Below, piece after piece: positions 1 to 12,618 of a DNA stretch of 64,000 nt (positions are counted from its first letter, which is position 1; each line of letters begins with the position of its first letter). The translations under genes and the position numbers were made by a program. Source of the stretch: Chiloscyllium plagiosum. Taxonomy: Eukaryota. The notes beneath the pieces are model-generated. The model was given only the letters and a program-made list of their open reading frames with translations. It searched no databases and was not told the DNA's origin. The DNA lies in NCBI RefSeq assembly GCF_004010195.1, contig NC_057718.1, positions 58,711,325 to 58,775,324 on the forward strand, in the 5' to 3' direction.

Positions 1-3
1 GTT

Positions 4-1030
4 GAAGTCAGAGAGTGGTGGTAGATGGTAAATATTCAGCCTGGAGCCCAGTTACAAGTGGAGTTCCGCAGGGATCAGTTCTGGGTCCTCTGCTGTTTGT
101 AATTTTTATTAATGACTTAGATGAGGGAGTCGAAGGGTGGGTCAGTAAATTTGCAGATGATACGAAGATAGGTGGAGTTGTGGACAGTGAGGAGGGCTGT
201 TGTCGGCTGCAGAGGGACTTAGATATGATGCAGAGCTGGGCTGAGGAGTGGCAGATGGAGTTCAACCCTGCCACGTGTGAGGTTGTCCATTTTGGAAGAA
301 CAAATAAGTATGCGGAATACAGGGTTAATGGTAGGGTTCTTAGTCAGGTGGAGGAACAGAGGGATCTTGGGGTCTATGTACATAGATCTTTGAAGGTTGC
401 CACTCAGGTGGATAGAGTTTGTAAGAAGGCCTATGGAGTATTATCGTTCATTAGCAGAGGGATTGAATTCAAGAGTTGTGAAGTGATGTTGCAGCTGTAC
501 AGGACTTTGGTTAGGCCACAGTTGGAGTACTGTGTGCAGTTCTGGTCGCCTCACTTTAGGAAAGATGTGGAAGCTTTGGAGAGGGTGCAGAGAAGATTTA
601 CCAGGATGTTGCCTGGAATGGAGAGGAAGTCGTACGAGGATCGGTTGAGAGTTCTCGGCCTTTTCTCGTTGGAACGGCGAAGGATGAGGGGTGACTTGAT
701 AGAGGTTTATAAGATGATCAGAGGAATAGATAGAGTAGACAGTCAGAAACTTTTTCCCCGGGTGCAACAGAGTGTTACAAGGGGACATAAATTTAAGGTG
801 AAGGGTGGAAGGTATAGGGGAGATGTCAGGGGTGGGTTCTTTACCCAGAGAGTGGTGGGGGCATGGAATGCGCTGCCTGTGGGAGTGGTAGAGTCAGAAT
901 CTTTGCTGACCTTTAAGCGGCAATTGGATAGGTACATGGATGGGTGCTATAGCTAGGACAAATGTTCGGCACAACGTCGTGGGCCGAAGGGCCTGTTCTG
1001 TGCTGTATTGTTCTATGTTCTATGTTCTAT
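4..1030 (+). mobile_element. CR1-clade LINE, 3' portion, young copy
   Basis: Uninterrupted RT and C-terminal ORF (GVPQGSVLGPLLF, SKFADDTK, LEYCVQFWSP, LERRRMRGDLIEVYK), a CR1 3'UTR, and a (TTCTATG)n tail at about 1010-1030. Confidence 0.95.
15..956 (+). CDS. C-terminal 313 aa of CR1 ORF2 reverse transcriptase; 5'-truncated, not a host gene
   Basis: ORF track; PQGS and FADD RT motifs; in-frame TGA at 3-5 suggests the element starts at about position 4. Confidence 0.85.
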   Translation: MVVDGKYSAWSPVTSGVPQGSVLGPLLFVIFINDLDEGVEGWVSKFADDTKIGGVVDSEEGCCRLQRDLDMMQSWAEEWQMEFNPATCEVVHFGRTNKYAEYRVNGRVLSQVEEQRDLGVYVHRSLKVATQVDRVCKKAYGVLSFISRGIEFKSCEVMLQLYRTLVRPQLEYCVQFWSPHFRKDVEALERVQRRFTRMLPGMERKSYEDRLRVLGLFSLERRRMRGDLIEVYKMIRGIDRVDSQKLFPRVQQSVTRGHKFKVKGGRYRGDVRGGFFTQRVVGAWNALPVGVVESESLLTFKRQLDRYMDGCYS

Positions 1031-1059
1031 GGTAGTGAGTTAGGCTGTGGCATGACCTC

Positions 1060-2400
1060 ATCGCATTGTTTGTCTGTTAGGCATCTGTGGATTTCCCAAA
1101 CATGATGTCCCAATTCCTACACTCACTGTTTTGACCAGTGAAGACAAGTGTACTAAATGCCTTCTTCACCACCAGTCTATGCGACTCTGTGTTCAAAAAT
1201 CAATGCACCTGTTAGTACAGCAAAGTTGTGGTAATTTCTTCATCTTTGAACTCTATTCTCACATTACTGCATTTAATTCTTTAGTAAAGCTTCTATATTC
1301 TGTTATAATAAAACAAATAACTGCAAATGCTAGAGATCTGAAACACGAAACAGAAATTGCTGGCAAAACTTATAGGCCTGGCAGCATTTGTGGGAAGAAA
1401 ACAGAGTTAACATTTTGAGTGTGGTTCTGTGAAGAGTCACCCGATTCGAAATATTGATTTTGCTTTCTTCCCACAGATGCTGTCAGGCCTTCTGAGTTTC
1501 ACCAGAAGTTTCTATTTTGGTTATACATTCTGTGAACTGGTTGTTCTGTAACGATTTACTGCTTTCAAGTTTTTCAATTCTGATTCATTGTAATGCTCTC
1601 TTTTCTGCTTATTTTTTTCCACCATTTTTAACAATCAAAATTCTGGCTTCTCGTCATTTTTCAGGATTTCTCACTTTTTGCATTAAAATTGAATTTTCTC
1701 ACTCCTTCATGGATAAAGTTTATATTTTTTCACTTTTAATGAACTAAAACACAAGGCAACGCAATTTTCTTCTGTACAGCTTTTTAAATAAGTTCTTTGA
1801 CTGTGGCCTTTAGAAATTTTCTCATCAAAATTATGGTTTCATTGAAGAGTACTGGCCTTTTTAAATATTAAGTTCCTTTTTACTTTTCTTCTTTTGTTCA
1901 ACTATTTGCCCAAGTTTCCTTTCTTTCATCTTAAATAAGTTCTGAAACTTGCCTGATACTGCAGCCTCTGCAGCTGGGCATTTCACTACCCCTTGCATCT
2001 GTGCATTATGGAGTATATGTATATGTAGTGATAGCTCATTATTGAGACGTGAGAATATCTCCTTGTCACCCTTTCTGAACTTTACACTATTTTTGTAACG
2101 TTTCTTCTCCTCTTTCTTTTGTGTGACTTCACTCCTGGAGCCTCCCTTGCTCCCCAAAATGTTGTCTTCACCATAAGGCCTCTGTCCTTTTGTCAATCTG
2201 GCTGGATTTTCCTCTTTCCTGAGCTCACCTGTTATTCTTGCATCTCTTCACCATTTCTTGGTGAGGGTTTGTCTTGAGAATGCTGAAACCGCCTCTTTGC
2301 TGCTGGCACAGTTTAAATTAACTTGCTCGGAACAATTACAAAGGGTTTTCTGGAACTGAACAGAAGACATCTCCCATCAGACACTCGTACAGTACTTAAC
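1060..2400 (-). mobile_element. Possible highly decayed LTR-retrotransposon gag/protease relic
   Basis: A-rich minus strand; knuckle-like KCPAAEAA in ORF 1861-2196; VLTGA at about 1205-1220 resembles the protease DTGA motif. Confidence 0.3.
1309..1522. mobile_element. Old Penelope-like terminal unit as an inverted dimer
   Basis: Reverse-complement arms (GCCTGGCAGCATTTGTGGGAAGAAA vs TTTCTTCCCACAGATGCTGTCAGGC) around a decayed CTG..GAAGAGTC..GATTCGAAA hammerhead-like centre. Confidence 0.7.
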
Positions 2401-2490
2401 TATTTACACCTAAACTATGTGACATCAGATTGGATAGAGTTCAATGTAACATGAGCATTAACTCATTCAGATCCATGGTCTCATACAATG

Positions 2491-2782
2491 GGAAGGCAAT
2501 GGGCCTAGTAGTATTATCATATTATTAATTCAGAAACTCAACTAATGTTCTGGGGATCTGGGTTGAAATCCCACCAAGACAGATAAAGAGTCCAGAATTA
2601 AGGGTCTAATGATACCATGAAACCATTGTTGCTTGTTAGAACATAAAATCTGGTTCACTAATATTCTTTAGGGAAGAAAATCTGCCATTTTACCAGGTCT
2701 GGCCTCCATGTGATTCAAACCGCACAGCAGTGTAGTTGACTCTTACTGTCCTCTGGGCAATTAAGGGTGGTTTATAAATGCT
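2491..2782 (+). mobile_element. tRNA-headed SINE, same family as 3735-4173
   Basis: A-box-like GGCCTAGTAG and B-box-like GGTTGAAATCC; collinear with the reverse complement of 3735-4173. Confidence 0.8.
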
Positions 2783-2805
2783 ATAAAAGTTTATTTTCCA
2801 AACTT

Positions 2806-3730
2806 AGGAAGATAATATGGTTCCCCTTGTCCTCACCTTCCATCCCAACAGCCCGTGTATTCAACAGGTCATCTTCCCTCATCACTGCCAACTTCAGCAT
2901 GATTCTATCACCAAATACTTATTCCCTTACACCCAATTTCGGCATTCCATAAAGACCATTTCTTCTGCAACACCAGGATGTACTCCTCAAACACAACACC
3001 CTCTCTTTTCCTGTATGGCATCAATCTGTCCAAGTAAAGGAGATGCTACACTTGCCATTTAACTGCTTCCATTCTCACAAATATTCCTTCAGCGTAAAAC
3101 TCTTCCAATATATAATCCAGCATTTGCCAGATACAATTTGATTTTCTGCAAAGTGGAAGAGATCAAACATCTGGGTGGCCGCCTAATGGAATACCTCCAT
3201 TCTGTCTGCAAGCATGAGTTTGACCATCCATTTGCTTCTTACTTTCATTCTCCATATGGCTCCACTGCTGACCTTTCTGACCATGGTCTGTTACAATGTT
3301 CCAATGATGCTCAATGCAGCATCAAGTTCTGCAAGCATATATGTCTAGCTCTGTTCTGTCTTGTTCCATGCACGTTTTCCCCCTTTTTGTTTGTTGGGCT
3401 GATTTTCATCTTGTTTCATTTTTTATCATTGCATTCAAATGCTTTGTATGTATCAATCCATGCCTTATTTGAACACAACTTTTATTTCCTCACTATATTC
3501 ATTCTCTTTTCTGAATCTATCATTAAATCTTTTGTTATATAATCTCCCTTGGTCTCCACTCTATCATTTTCATCTTTCTTCTTCCTCCTCCTTCTGCCCC
3601 CCAAAACTCCCTTCCTGTAGCTCAAAAACACTGACATTTCTATTTCTCTATGATTCCAATTTGAAGTGTTAAACCAGCTTCTCTGCACAGATGCGGCCTG
3701 ATCTGTTGAAATTTTCAACACTTTATTTAC
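2806..3730 (+). mobile_element. Decayed Penelope-like element: ORF C-terminus with GIY-YIG region and 3' end
   Basis: VPLVLTFHPNSPCIQQVI matches TPLVLTFHPTNLCINQII of the copy at 13730-14821; GGRLMEYLHSV resembles the GIY-YIG helix. Confidence 0.8.
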
Positions 3731-3734
3731 TGTC

Positions 3735-4173
3735 TTTTTCGTTCACTCACAGGATGTGGGCATCTCTGGCTAGGCCAGCTTTTATTGCCCATCCCTAATT
3801 ACCCAGAGAGTAGTTAAGAGTCAATCACATTGCTGTGGGTCTGGAGTCACATGTAGGCCAAACCAGGTAAGAATAGAGACAAAAAAACTTGCAAATGCTG
3901 GAATCCAAAGTAGATAGGCAGGAGGCTGGAAGAACACAGACCAGGTAAGAATGGCAGATTTCCTTTCCTAAAGGGCATTAGTGAACCAGATGGTTTTTCC
4001 AGCAATTAACAATTCATGGTTTGATGGTCATCATTAGATGCTGAACTCCAGATTCTGTGTTGAATTCAAATCCACCAATTGCCATAGCAAGATTTGAAGT
4101 TGGGTCCCCAGAATCTTAGCTGAGTTTCTGGATTAACATTCAAGCAATAATACCACTAGGTCATTGCCTCCCC
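3735..4173 (-). mobile_element. tRNA-headed SINE interrupted by a 65-bp insert
   Basis: Minus strand begins GGGGAGGCAATGACCTAGTGG and ends GGGATGGGCAATAAAAGCTGGCCTAGCC... followed by an A-rich tail. Confidence 0.85.
3875..3939 (-). mobile_element. 65-bp Penelope terminal fragment with 13-bp TSD
   Basis: ACCAGGTAAGAAT at 3862-3874 and 3940-3952; insert resembles the TGCAGATGCTGGA..GCTGGAA termini of other Penelope copies. Confidence 0.7.
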
Positions 4174-6785
4174 TTACACAAAATATTTTGTACTTTCCCG
4201 ATCCATACCTGACTGGATGTAACCCCACTGAGCAAAACTTCATTTGGGTCTGAACTGCATTAAGTTGACTTTGATGCTCTGAAAGGTTCATTAGAATAGC
4301 TATGTGAGAAATTCCAGAGTTCTTCTTCTAAGCAAAGATTAATGCAATGTAGGGAGAATAGTTCTTTGTGTTTGATCCATTTTATAGTTGGCTGAAGAGT
4401 GCTTGATGTTATCAAACATTATAGAAAGATGGTCTCCAACACCCTGCACTTTGACAAGGTGTAGAAATATTTTAAAAAACATGTGTTTGGGCCACATATC
4501 TAGCAATGGTGTTTTACAAGGTACATATGATTGAATAGAATATATATTGCCAGTGCATCCTTAAGAAATAGTTCTTGCTTGCAATAATATAAATCAAAGC
4601 AGTAGACGATTCTTTAAACAGATAATGTTTGAAGTTAAATGGAATCTTGAGCTTAAAAGGAAATTACTTTCCAATGCAATAAACATTATAATTTAATAGC
4701 TGGCTGGATTTTAAAGTGAGTTTCGTCATATGTAGATACTGCACTTTTTCCATTAAATTTGATTTTCTAGTCTATCTCACACAAAGGTTATTGAATGATA
4801 TGGGAACTGACTGGAAATTTATTGACTTCAATAAATTTTACTTTGTCAGTTTAAGAAAGAAATATTGCGCTAACTTGGTGGCTTTATTCAGCCCTGCCTT
4901 CAGAAACAACAGTAACTTTTGTTGAGGTAATACCTTTAATGTAATAAACATCTCAGTGTCCTTCACATAGAATAAAACAAGCCATTGAGTGGCATAAAGG
5001 GAAATTAAATCAAGATATAGGAAATTTGGTCAAAGAGATATTGAGGAAGTATGGAAGCAGAGAAGTGTAGGAAGGTTATCCCTAAGCGTAGGACTTAAGC
5101 AACTGAAGGTACAGCCAAAGGTGCTCGAATGATTGAAACTGGCAATGTTCAGTAGGCCAGAACTAAAAGATTGCACATGTCTCGGTGGGTGTGAGGCTCA
5201 GGAGATTACCAAGATTTGGGGTGAGACCATGGAAGATTTGAAAGCAAGGGAGATAAGAATGTCAAAATCAAAATGTTGCTTGATGGAATTCAATGTAGGT
5301 GACTATGAACATGGGTGATAACCGAACCCATTCCGGTGGACGTGGACAATGACTTTTATGGATCACCTTATGGTTACAGAAGGTAAAATCTGGAAGAACC
5401 ATCCAGGAATATTTTAGAATAATGCAGTAACAAAGGCAGGAATGTGCTTTTCAGGATCAGATGAGCTGGAACAGGAACAAAGTCAGACAAAATCAAGGAG
5501 GTAGAAATAGAAATTCTTAGTGATTACATGAAAATGAGGTTGGAACTCATATTGGGGTTGAACATACACCAGGTTGTGAATATGGCTTAATTTCAGACCT
5601 TTGCCACAGAGAGAGAGTTTGTAGGTAGAGAGAGAAAAGGAACTGAAAACAGTTACTTAAGTTTACCCAACAATTAATTAGATGAAATTTCTACTGGATA
5701 TTAGATTGCTTAGAAACATTGAGCCATGAAAGGTTCTTTGTGAGGTTGAAATGGGGATCACCAGTACACATTAGAAAACTGACACCATATTTGTTAGTAA
5801 GAGGTAGGACATAGGTAAGAAATACGAGGGAACCAAGGATAGATCCCTGGGGACATCAGAGCTATTAGGAAGAGAAACCATTGGAAATTATTCTCTGGCT
5901 ACAATTCAATAGGTAGGATTGAAAGTAGGTGAGAGCAGTCCTATCCCACTCAACAATGATGGAGAGGAACTGGAGATGGATAATGTAGTCAATCATTTTA
6001 AAGACTGCAAGCAGATCGAGAAGGACAAGGAGGGAAATTTTACCTTTATCACAGTCACACGTTTGAGATTTTGGTAAGAGCCAGTTTGCGACAGAAACAC
6101 AATTGGAAGGATTCGAACATGGAGTTCTGGAAAAGATGGGGACAAATTTGGGAGATAACAATGCTCAAGGACTTTGGAGAGGAAAGGAAGATTGGAGATA
6201 AGATGGTCCTTTGCAAGGATGGTGTTGTCTACAGTTACATTTTTGAAGAGAAGGATGAAGATAGCAGATGTAAAGGAAAGAGGGTCACATAGCTAACATA
6301 TGGACCAAGGGGGAAAGTTCAATAGTCAACAGTTTATTAGAAATTAGATGGAGGAAGCAGGAGAAAGGTGTCATGCGCACAATGTGCTTAGTCAGGGCAT
6401 GGCAGAGAAATTGGAAAGATGTGAACTCAGGGGGATGAGAAGAGAAATTTTGTGCCAGATGGGCTAGGAGAAGGGAGAGATAGGACAGAGGCAGCTAAGC
6501 TGATGCAACAAAGGGGTCCATGAACTGCTTGGACTGGTAGGTGAATGTGGATAGGACAGGCCAGAGAGGTGTGTAAACATTGCTCACTGAAGAGAAAAAT
6601 AATTGGAGATTCTGTTTATCTGCCAGGGTGATCTTGGAATGTAGAGCAATTTCAGCAGATGAGAGTAGGACCTGATAGTGTTCTATATGGTCCGGTCAGA
6701 TCTGGCAGTACATGGCTAAACCAGGTGTGAACCTTTTTTTTCTTGTGGTTTGAAGCCACATTGTAAGTTCAGGTTCTTTGCAGTC

Positions 6786-6971
6786 TGTAAGGAGAAGACA
6801 AAGTCAAGAACTGAGACTTCAAAGTAACAGTATTTTATTATACATTAAAATGAAATACTACTATACATGGTACTGACAGATACACCTAACCTATCTTCTT
6901 TATGTGCTCATGTCCATGTACTCATGTGATTCTTTCAATGTAAGAGTGTCCTAACTGTGCCCACATTACTA
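6786..6971. mobile_element. Possible short solo LTR inside the L2
   Basis: TGTAAG start, CATTACTA end, internal TTTTATT; interrupts the L2. Confidence 0.3.
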
Positions 6972-7560
6972 TTTTTGATCAGTCTGCATCCCATTGATTA
7001 AGGGTGTAGTGGGAAATGGTTAGGGTGAGAGAAACAATATATAATATAATAATAATAATAATTAGGACCTAAAAGGAGGAGCATGTTTGAGTAAATCAGC
7101 AGCTGCATAAGTGTTGTGGCAAGTGGAAAACCAAAAGCTAAATGTCTTTGATTTTAAAATTGCCATTGTACTGAATTGCTGGTAGGATTTTCCAGGGGTG
7201 GACACAAAAAGAGGTAGAGATATACCAGCTGTTGGTCTAGTGCGATGCAAAGAAGTGATCAGAGTTAGTTTTATCTGTAAATGCTATGACTGGATAATCA
7301 ACACCATGTAACATGGCAAGGTCAAATGAGTGGTTGCGAATATGGTTAACCAAGGGAGAGACTTAGGGAGAACAAAGCACAGTAAACTCAGAGGAAAGAG
7401 AAAATTAATGAGTTAAGGTCAAAAACTCCAAGTATGAAAAGTCTTTCAATACAGACACTAATGAGGAATAATGAAGACGTTTCAGTATTTATCATACATG
7501 TGAAGGTAGTAGATAATGATTTTGTGAAAGAAGGATGAGAGAGCTGGAAGAAAGTGAGAT

Positions 7561-8112
7561 TGTGACAATATTTTGGCTTTAAGAGGTATATTTTGTCCTT
7601 TTTTTTGAAGATAGGTTTTTAAGACAGAGGCATTGAGCTGTCTATTTGAATCCAGTAAACAGCTTGTGAAGCCTTGAGTTTTTTTTAAAGTTGGAACAAT
7701 AGAAGCAGCCTGAAAGGGTGGGCCAAGCTCCCACAGAACCAGGATTTTTAGTTTTAGTTTCTCAGCAACTGTTGGCATTTTGAAGTTGGATGTAGAAGCT
7801 GTTTTATTGAATTTGCCTTTGCCAAGGGTGTGTTTATGAGATGTTATTATATTAGAACAGTTAATTAGTAGCAGTTAATATATCTATTATTTTGTTAAGC
7901 ACTAAACACTGAAGCTAATTCATTTTTTAAAATTTTGTCTGTATTTTAACCATAATGTAAAAATAAAGTCTGTTTTGCTTAACCAAATATAGTTTGACAA
8001 AATGAAATGCATTTAGAACGCAACAACTTACACTTAACTTTAAAATAAGAAAATGTTACAGTCTAAACAATGTTTTGAATACATTTAAGAGGGTTTGGCC
8101 TGATCCATAACA
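7561..8112 (+). mobile_element. Solo LTR, Gypsy-like
   Basis: TGTGAC...ATAACA termini, AATAAA inside, near-perfect 4-bp TSD AGAT/AGAC; interrupts the L2. Confidence 0.65.
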
Positions 8113-9359
8113 AGACGTTCATGGATAAAGAAAATTACAGCGGAGTAAGGGTCAGGTGAAAGTTTAATCTGATGATAACGGCCAAACTGCTGTTCTAATG
8201 GGACAAGTGGTTGAAAATGTACCCAGTGGAGAGGCTACATTAAGGGTAAAGTCCACTAAGACCATGGGCTTAAATTCTCATGCGTCTGCATGTATTAGAA
8301 TAGAAAAAGAGAGATTTTAAAAATGCTGAGTAGGATCACGTTTCTGCAATTGCTGCCCCATTTTCCACTATATGAGATTTTTATTGGCCTTTGATAAGTG
8401 ACAGTGACTCTACACTCAACAAACCTCCCTACTCCATTGCAGAGGAGAATATTTTTGATCTCCTCCCTCACTGCTTAATAGAATTGGGTCGATATTCATA
8501 AAATACGCACTTCACGTTGTCTCAAAAAAGAGAATCTGGGGGAAATCATCTTGTAGAGCAAGGAACTTTTTTTTGTCAACTTCGATTATTATACTGTATG
8601 AAATATGAAAATGTTTTTAATGTATTGATCATAGGGTTCTATCAGTAAAAGACAAGTGACAATCAAATTGACCAGCATTATGTGTTTATCCACATACATT
8701 AGACTCCTTGATCCAATGAATACACAGCTCTCCCCCATTTCAGAATTATTGGAAACTTGGCTTCAATGTGCCATTTGGAAACAGAGAATTATTTTCAGCT
8801 TGACATAAAACAAAGATATCTGGTGAGCCTTTGAAGCACTCTTCCATGATCTACTATGGGCAGAATACATCAGCCACAGAAAAAAGTGGGAAATTTGTGA
8901 AATGTTCATAAACCTATCAAAATAAAAAAGCATTGATTATAAATCCATTTCAAAGAAATGCAATACTCGCCATAGCTCATAAAAATGATTTCTGAATGAA
9001 TTTTGTTTAATTTAGTAGTTTTTCAAGCATTTCAAAGATTTTACAGTAATATTATAGGGTTTTGTGGTTCTTTACCTGGTGAACAATGGACAAGTGGCTA
9101 TGAAGATTGCATGGGAAGTGTAGAGGTGGCATGGGTTGTCTTGAGAGCAAATGATAGCATGGAGAAGCATATGTGTTATAGAGGAGGAATTGAATATGTC
9201 GAGGGAACATGGGTGGTATAGAGGGAAATGAGGTTAGTGGATGGGATATGCGTGGTATGGAGGAGGTTTGGGTTGTAGATGGTGGATTGGGGAAAGAGGT
9301 GAGGATAATGGGTTTTAGAAACACTTTGAGGGATTGGCTGGTGTCCTAGTGGACAGAGG

Positions 9360-9660
9360 AGAGCTTACTTAGCTGCAGGCTCCAATATTCATTCATCTCC
9401 ATTGCTATCTCAGGCCTGCTTCTGTAGGTTTTGTCAATGTTATAACTGTGTCAACGTCCTTGGGATGACAGTACTGTGGACGGACACTGCCAATATGGAG
9501 ACAGGATCACAAATTGACAGATACTTAGTCCATGATGTTGATGCAATCACCCATAATAAATTCATGGATGGCAAGGATCCTGTTTGTAAGTAAGTAGACC
9601 TTCTGGAGAGAGATTTATAGAGAGGGGATGAGAGCAGATCCACTGAGAAATTTCACATGG
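9360..9660 (-). pseudogene. Possible Harbinger Myb/SANT-like ORF relic
   Basis: AVSVHSTVIPRTLTQL resembles the VSAxSxxxRTxxQCRKK helix of the Myb/SANT copies at 27-28 kb. Confidence 0.35.
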
Positions 9661-12099
9661 TCAGCAGTGGGAGAGATGAGTTAGACAGGAAGGAGATTGA
9701 CATAGTTAGCTTCAAAAAGATTTTGAAGATAGAATGGGATGAGGCAATTTGGATTTCTGTTCATAATAAGTCAACGCTGAGTGCTTTGATGACTCTGCTA
9801 GAGAATGACAAGAAAGGCACAGAGTGAAAATGTTGCTTATCTTGGCGTCATGCCTTGGAGGATGGAGAAAAAGCAGGAACATCAAATGAGGGGGATGGGG
9901 AGAGAATTGCAAGGGCACAGTATCTGAGAGGGGAGTTGTGAAAGGAGGGATGATATGGGAGATAGAATCCTGGAAGGAGGGGAGAAAGAAATTAACAAGA
10001 AAGTGTAGAGGTCAAAATAGAATGATGATCCCATGTCTGGAATGAAAGACAAACTGAGCACTTGAGTAAATTCAAGAAGAGCTTAAGTCTCGTCTGGTCA
10101 CACAGGATTTCTACTGTTAAGATTTGTCAGCCTTTGAACAACGTTAAGTTACTTCTATTTGTTTACTTTGAATTTAAAATTCACTTAAATCTATATGACT
10201 ATTATAATTCAATTAGATCTACCTCTGAATTCATCTTGATTTATGGCTTATTATGGAAAGGACCTTGTCTCTGGTGGATGTTTCTGGTTGGTGATCATAT
10301 TGCTGTTTAAATCTGCACAATGCAGCTAATTAGAAGCAAAGCCCATTGCAGACTGGAGAGAACAAGTGTAGATATTTGCATTCTTTTGATTAATGACACT
10401 GTGTACCACATTCCCATTGGTGTAAAGAAAATATAGGGTGTTGGTGTCAGAATTCCCTTGATTCATTAACTATTTAACTTTCTCGAATTTAAGGGGGTAA
10501 AACTTTCTTTTAAGGATAAAGGGCAATAGGCCAAAACTGTCTTGCAAATTTAATTGACAATATTCTTGCCGGTATTGGTTTAACAGGCATGAATATAATT
10601 GGATGCAAATTCATTGAACATGGAATATGAGAATCCACAATTGGAATATTGGTGAAGAAGTGGGAAGGCAATTTGCCCTTGAATAACAGCAGCATTCTCT
10701 GATGCATAAGGTTGGTTTACCTGAAGAAGGAAATTTTGAAGAACCAGATGTTCTGCCTACAATTGGCAAGATATTTGGTGCAAACACCACTATGAAACAG
10801 GAAGTAAAATAAACAATTGATTATAAGCGAAAGGTCAACTTTCATTTGCATCTTTTTATTGGAACTATTATCAATCACAATGGAAACAAACCCTTGGCAC
10901 AAGACAGAGAAGAATTCTCACCCCATTACATAGGCTCCATCACTTTCGGTTCATCAGTAACCTCCTAAGGAGGGGAGGGGGGGAAAGTTTGATACTTGAA
11001 GTGAACTGTATAATTGTAGTGGGGGATCTTATTCCCTTGAAGTTATCCAATTCTTTTTATCTTTCTCTTTTCATACCTCACTGTTTTATCAGCATTTCCT
11101 ATTTTATTTCAAAACTCTTTACGGATTGTAATATCTCATATCAAGTTTGCTTCTGCTTTGGGTGCACCTTTCACTATCTTGGATCCTTATGCATACTTTG
11201 TTTTTCAAATGTAACTTGTATAATGCTTCTTTCTATATTATGGTTTAAGGTTGTTCTGTCCATCCTTTCATACAGTTTTTCTTTTAAACCTCTGGTGTTT
11301 TCCTCCTACTCTGCTCTGGTTTTATTAAAAAGTTTGCTCACCCTTTAATATTGACTGTCTGAAGCAGTTTAAAATGTTAACTTCCTCCATTGATGTTAGC
11401 CAACTGCAGTTTGCTTCAAACGGGAAGCAAGACCAAACTGATTAAAATTTTAGATATTTATGAATTGATCACCTTTCACCCAGCACAAATTTAATTTTAC
11501 TGCTTATTCCTAATGCAGTTCAATGTACTTTCGCTTTTAAATTCAAAATATATTTATCAATATTTAATATTAGAGTGTAACATTGAAGTCACGTTAACCG
11601 AGTCAGCTATCTTCCTTGGCAATTCCTATGAATCTTTGCATTAATTACTCTTATGATACAATATGTATTGTAGCTGTAGGTAAATCAAAATAATAGGAAA
11701 ATAATTCTTCTGAATTAATACATTTAATAAATGTGTTTTTTACTGTAAAGTGTTTTGATACTTAAAAAACCATTAGCAGCTGTTAGAAAAGTCTAAGAAT
11801 TTTTTTTCAAGGACATTTCAAAATAAAAAAAAAACTCCAATTTAAAAATATAAATTATGTTGTTAGATTAATGATTCAATGTAACGTTGAAAAAGGCACA
11901 AGATTGCTTTAACCTTCTTGTACAGAAATTCTTTTGCAATATATTCTCAGTCATCCTGTAGCTATCAATATTAATGAGACCATGAATAAGTAAATAGAAG
12001 CAAACAGCAGATTAATTGATGGAAACAAAATAACAACATTAATCTTTATTGCTTATTCACTGAGTTGTGTGATAATGCGTTTGGTTGCTACTCAGGATA

Positions 12100-12618
12100 G
12101 CATATGACTCCACAATGACTCTTACAAATTTTTATAGATGTATCATGGAATTTTTATAGATGCATCACAGTTTGGTATGGCAACTGCTCTGTCCAAGACT
12201 GCAAGAAATTACAGAGAGTTGTGAACGTGGTCCAGTCCATCATGAAAACCAGCCTTCCTTCCATTGACTCCGTCTATACTTCCCACTGCCTCGGGAAAGC
12301 AGCAAACATAATCAAGTTCCCTCCCACCCCGGTTATACTCTCTTCCATCCTCTTCCAACAGGCAGTAGATACAAAAGTTTGAAAAAGAGGTACCAACAGA
12401 TTTAAGAACAGCTTCTTCCCCGCTGTTATTCAGATGTATGAACGGACCTCTTGTACATCAGAGTTGATCTTTCTCTGCACCTGTAACACTATATTCTGCA
12501 TTCTGTTCTATTACCCTGTTGTACTTATGTAAGGTATGATTTGCCTGATTAACTCACAAAACAATACTTTTCACTGTGTATCTTGGTACATGTGTCAATA
12601 ATAAATTAAATCAAATCA
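12100..12618 (+). mobile_element. Rex1/Babar-clade LINE 3' fragment
   Basis: Translates to ITVWYGNCSVQDCKKLQRVV and TNRFKNSFFPAVI; (AAATC)n tail. Confidence 0.8.

Larger units (their letters stand above)
4935..8270 (-). mobile_element. Decayed L2-clade LINE (endonuclease to RT to 3' end) with nested insertions
   Basis: DKGKISLLVLLDLLAVFKMIDY..LTYFQSYL in ORF 5865-6161 is L2 RT-like; endonuclease-like remnants at about 7255-7490 and 8115-8270. Confidence 0.8.

Noticed and set aside
15..956. Longest ORF as a host gene
   Set aside because: It is CR1 reverse transcriptase followed by a CR1 3'UTR and tail
8635..8810. Open frame GSISKRQVTIKL... after an AG
   Set aside because: Ends in a stop with no donor site and no recognisable homology
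10700..10810. VGLPEEGNFEEPDV as an L1 ORF1 remnant
   Set aside because: One short motif with no supporting L1 sequence
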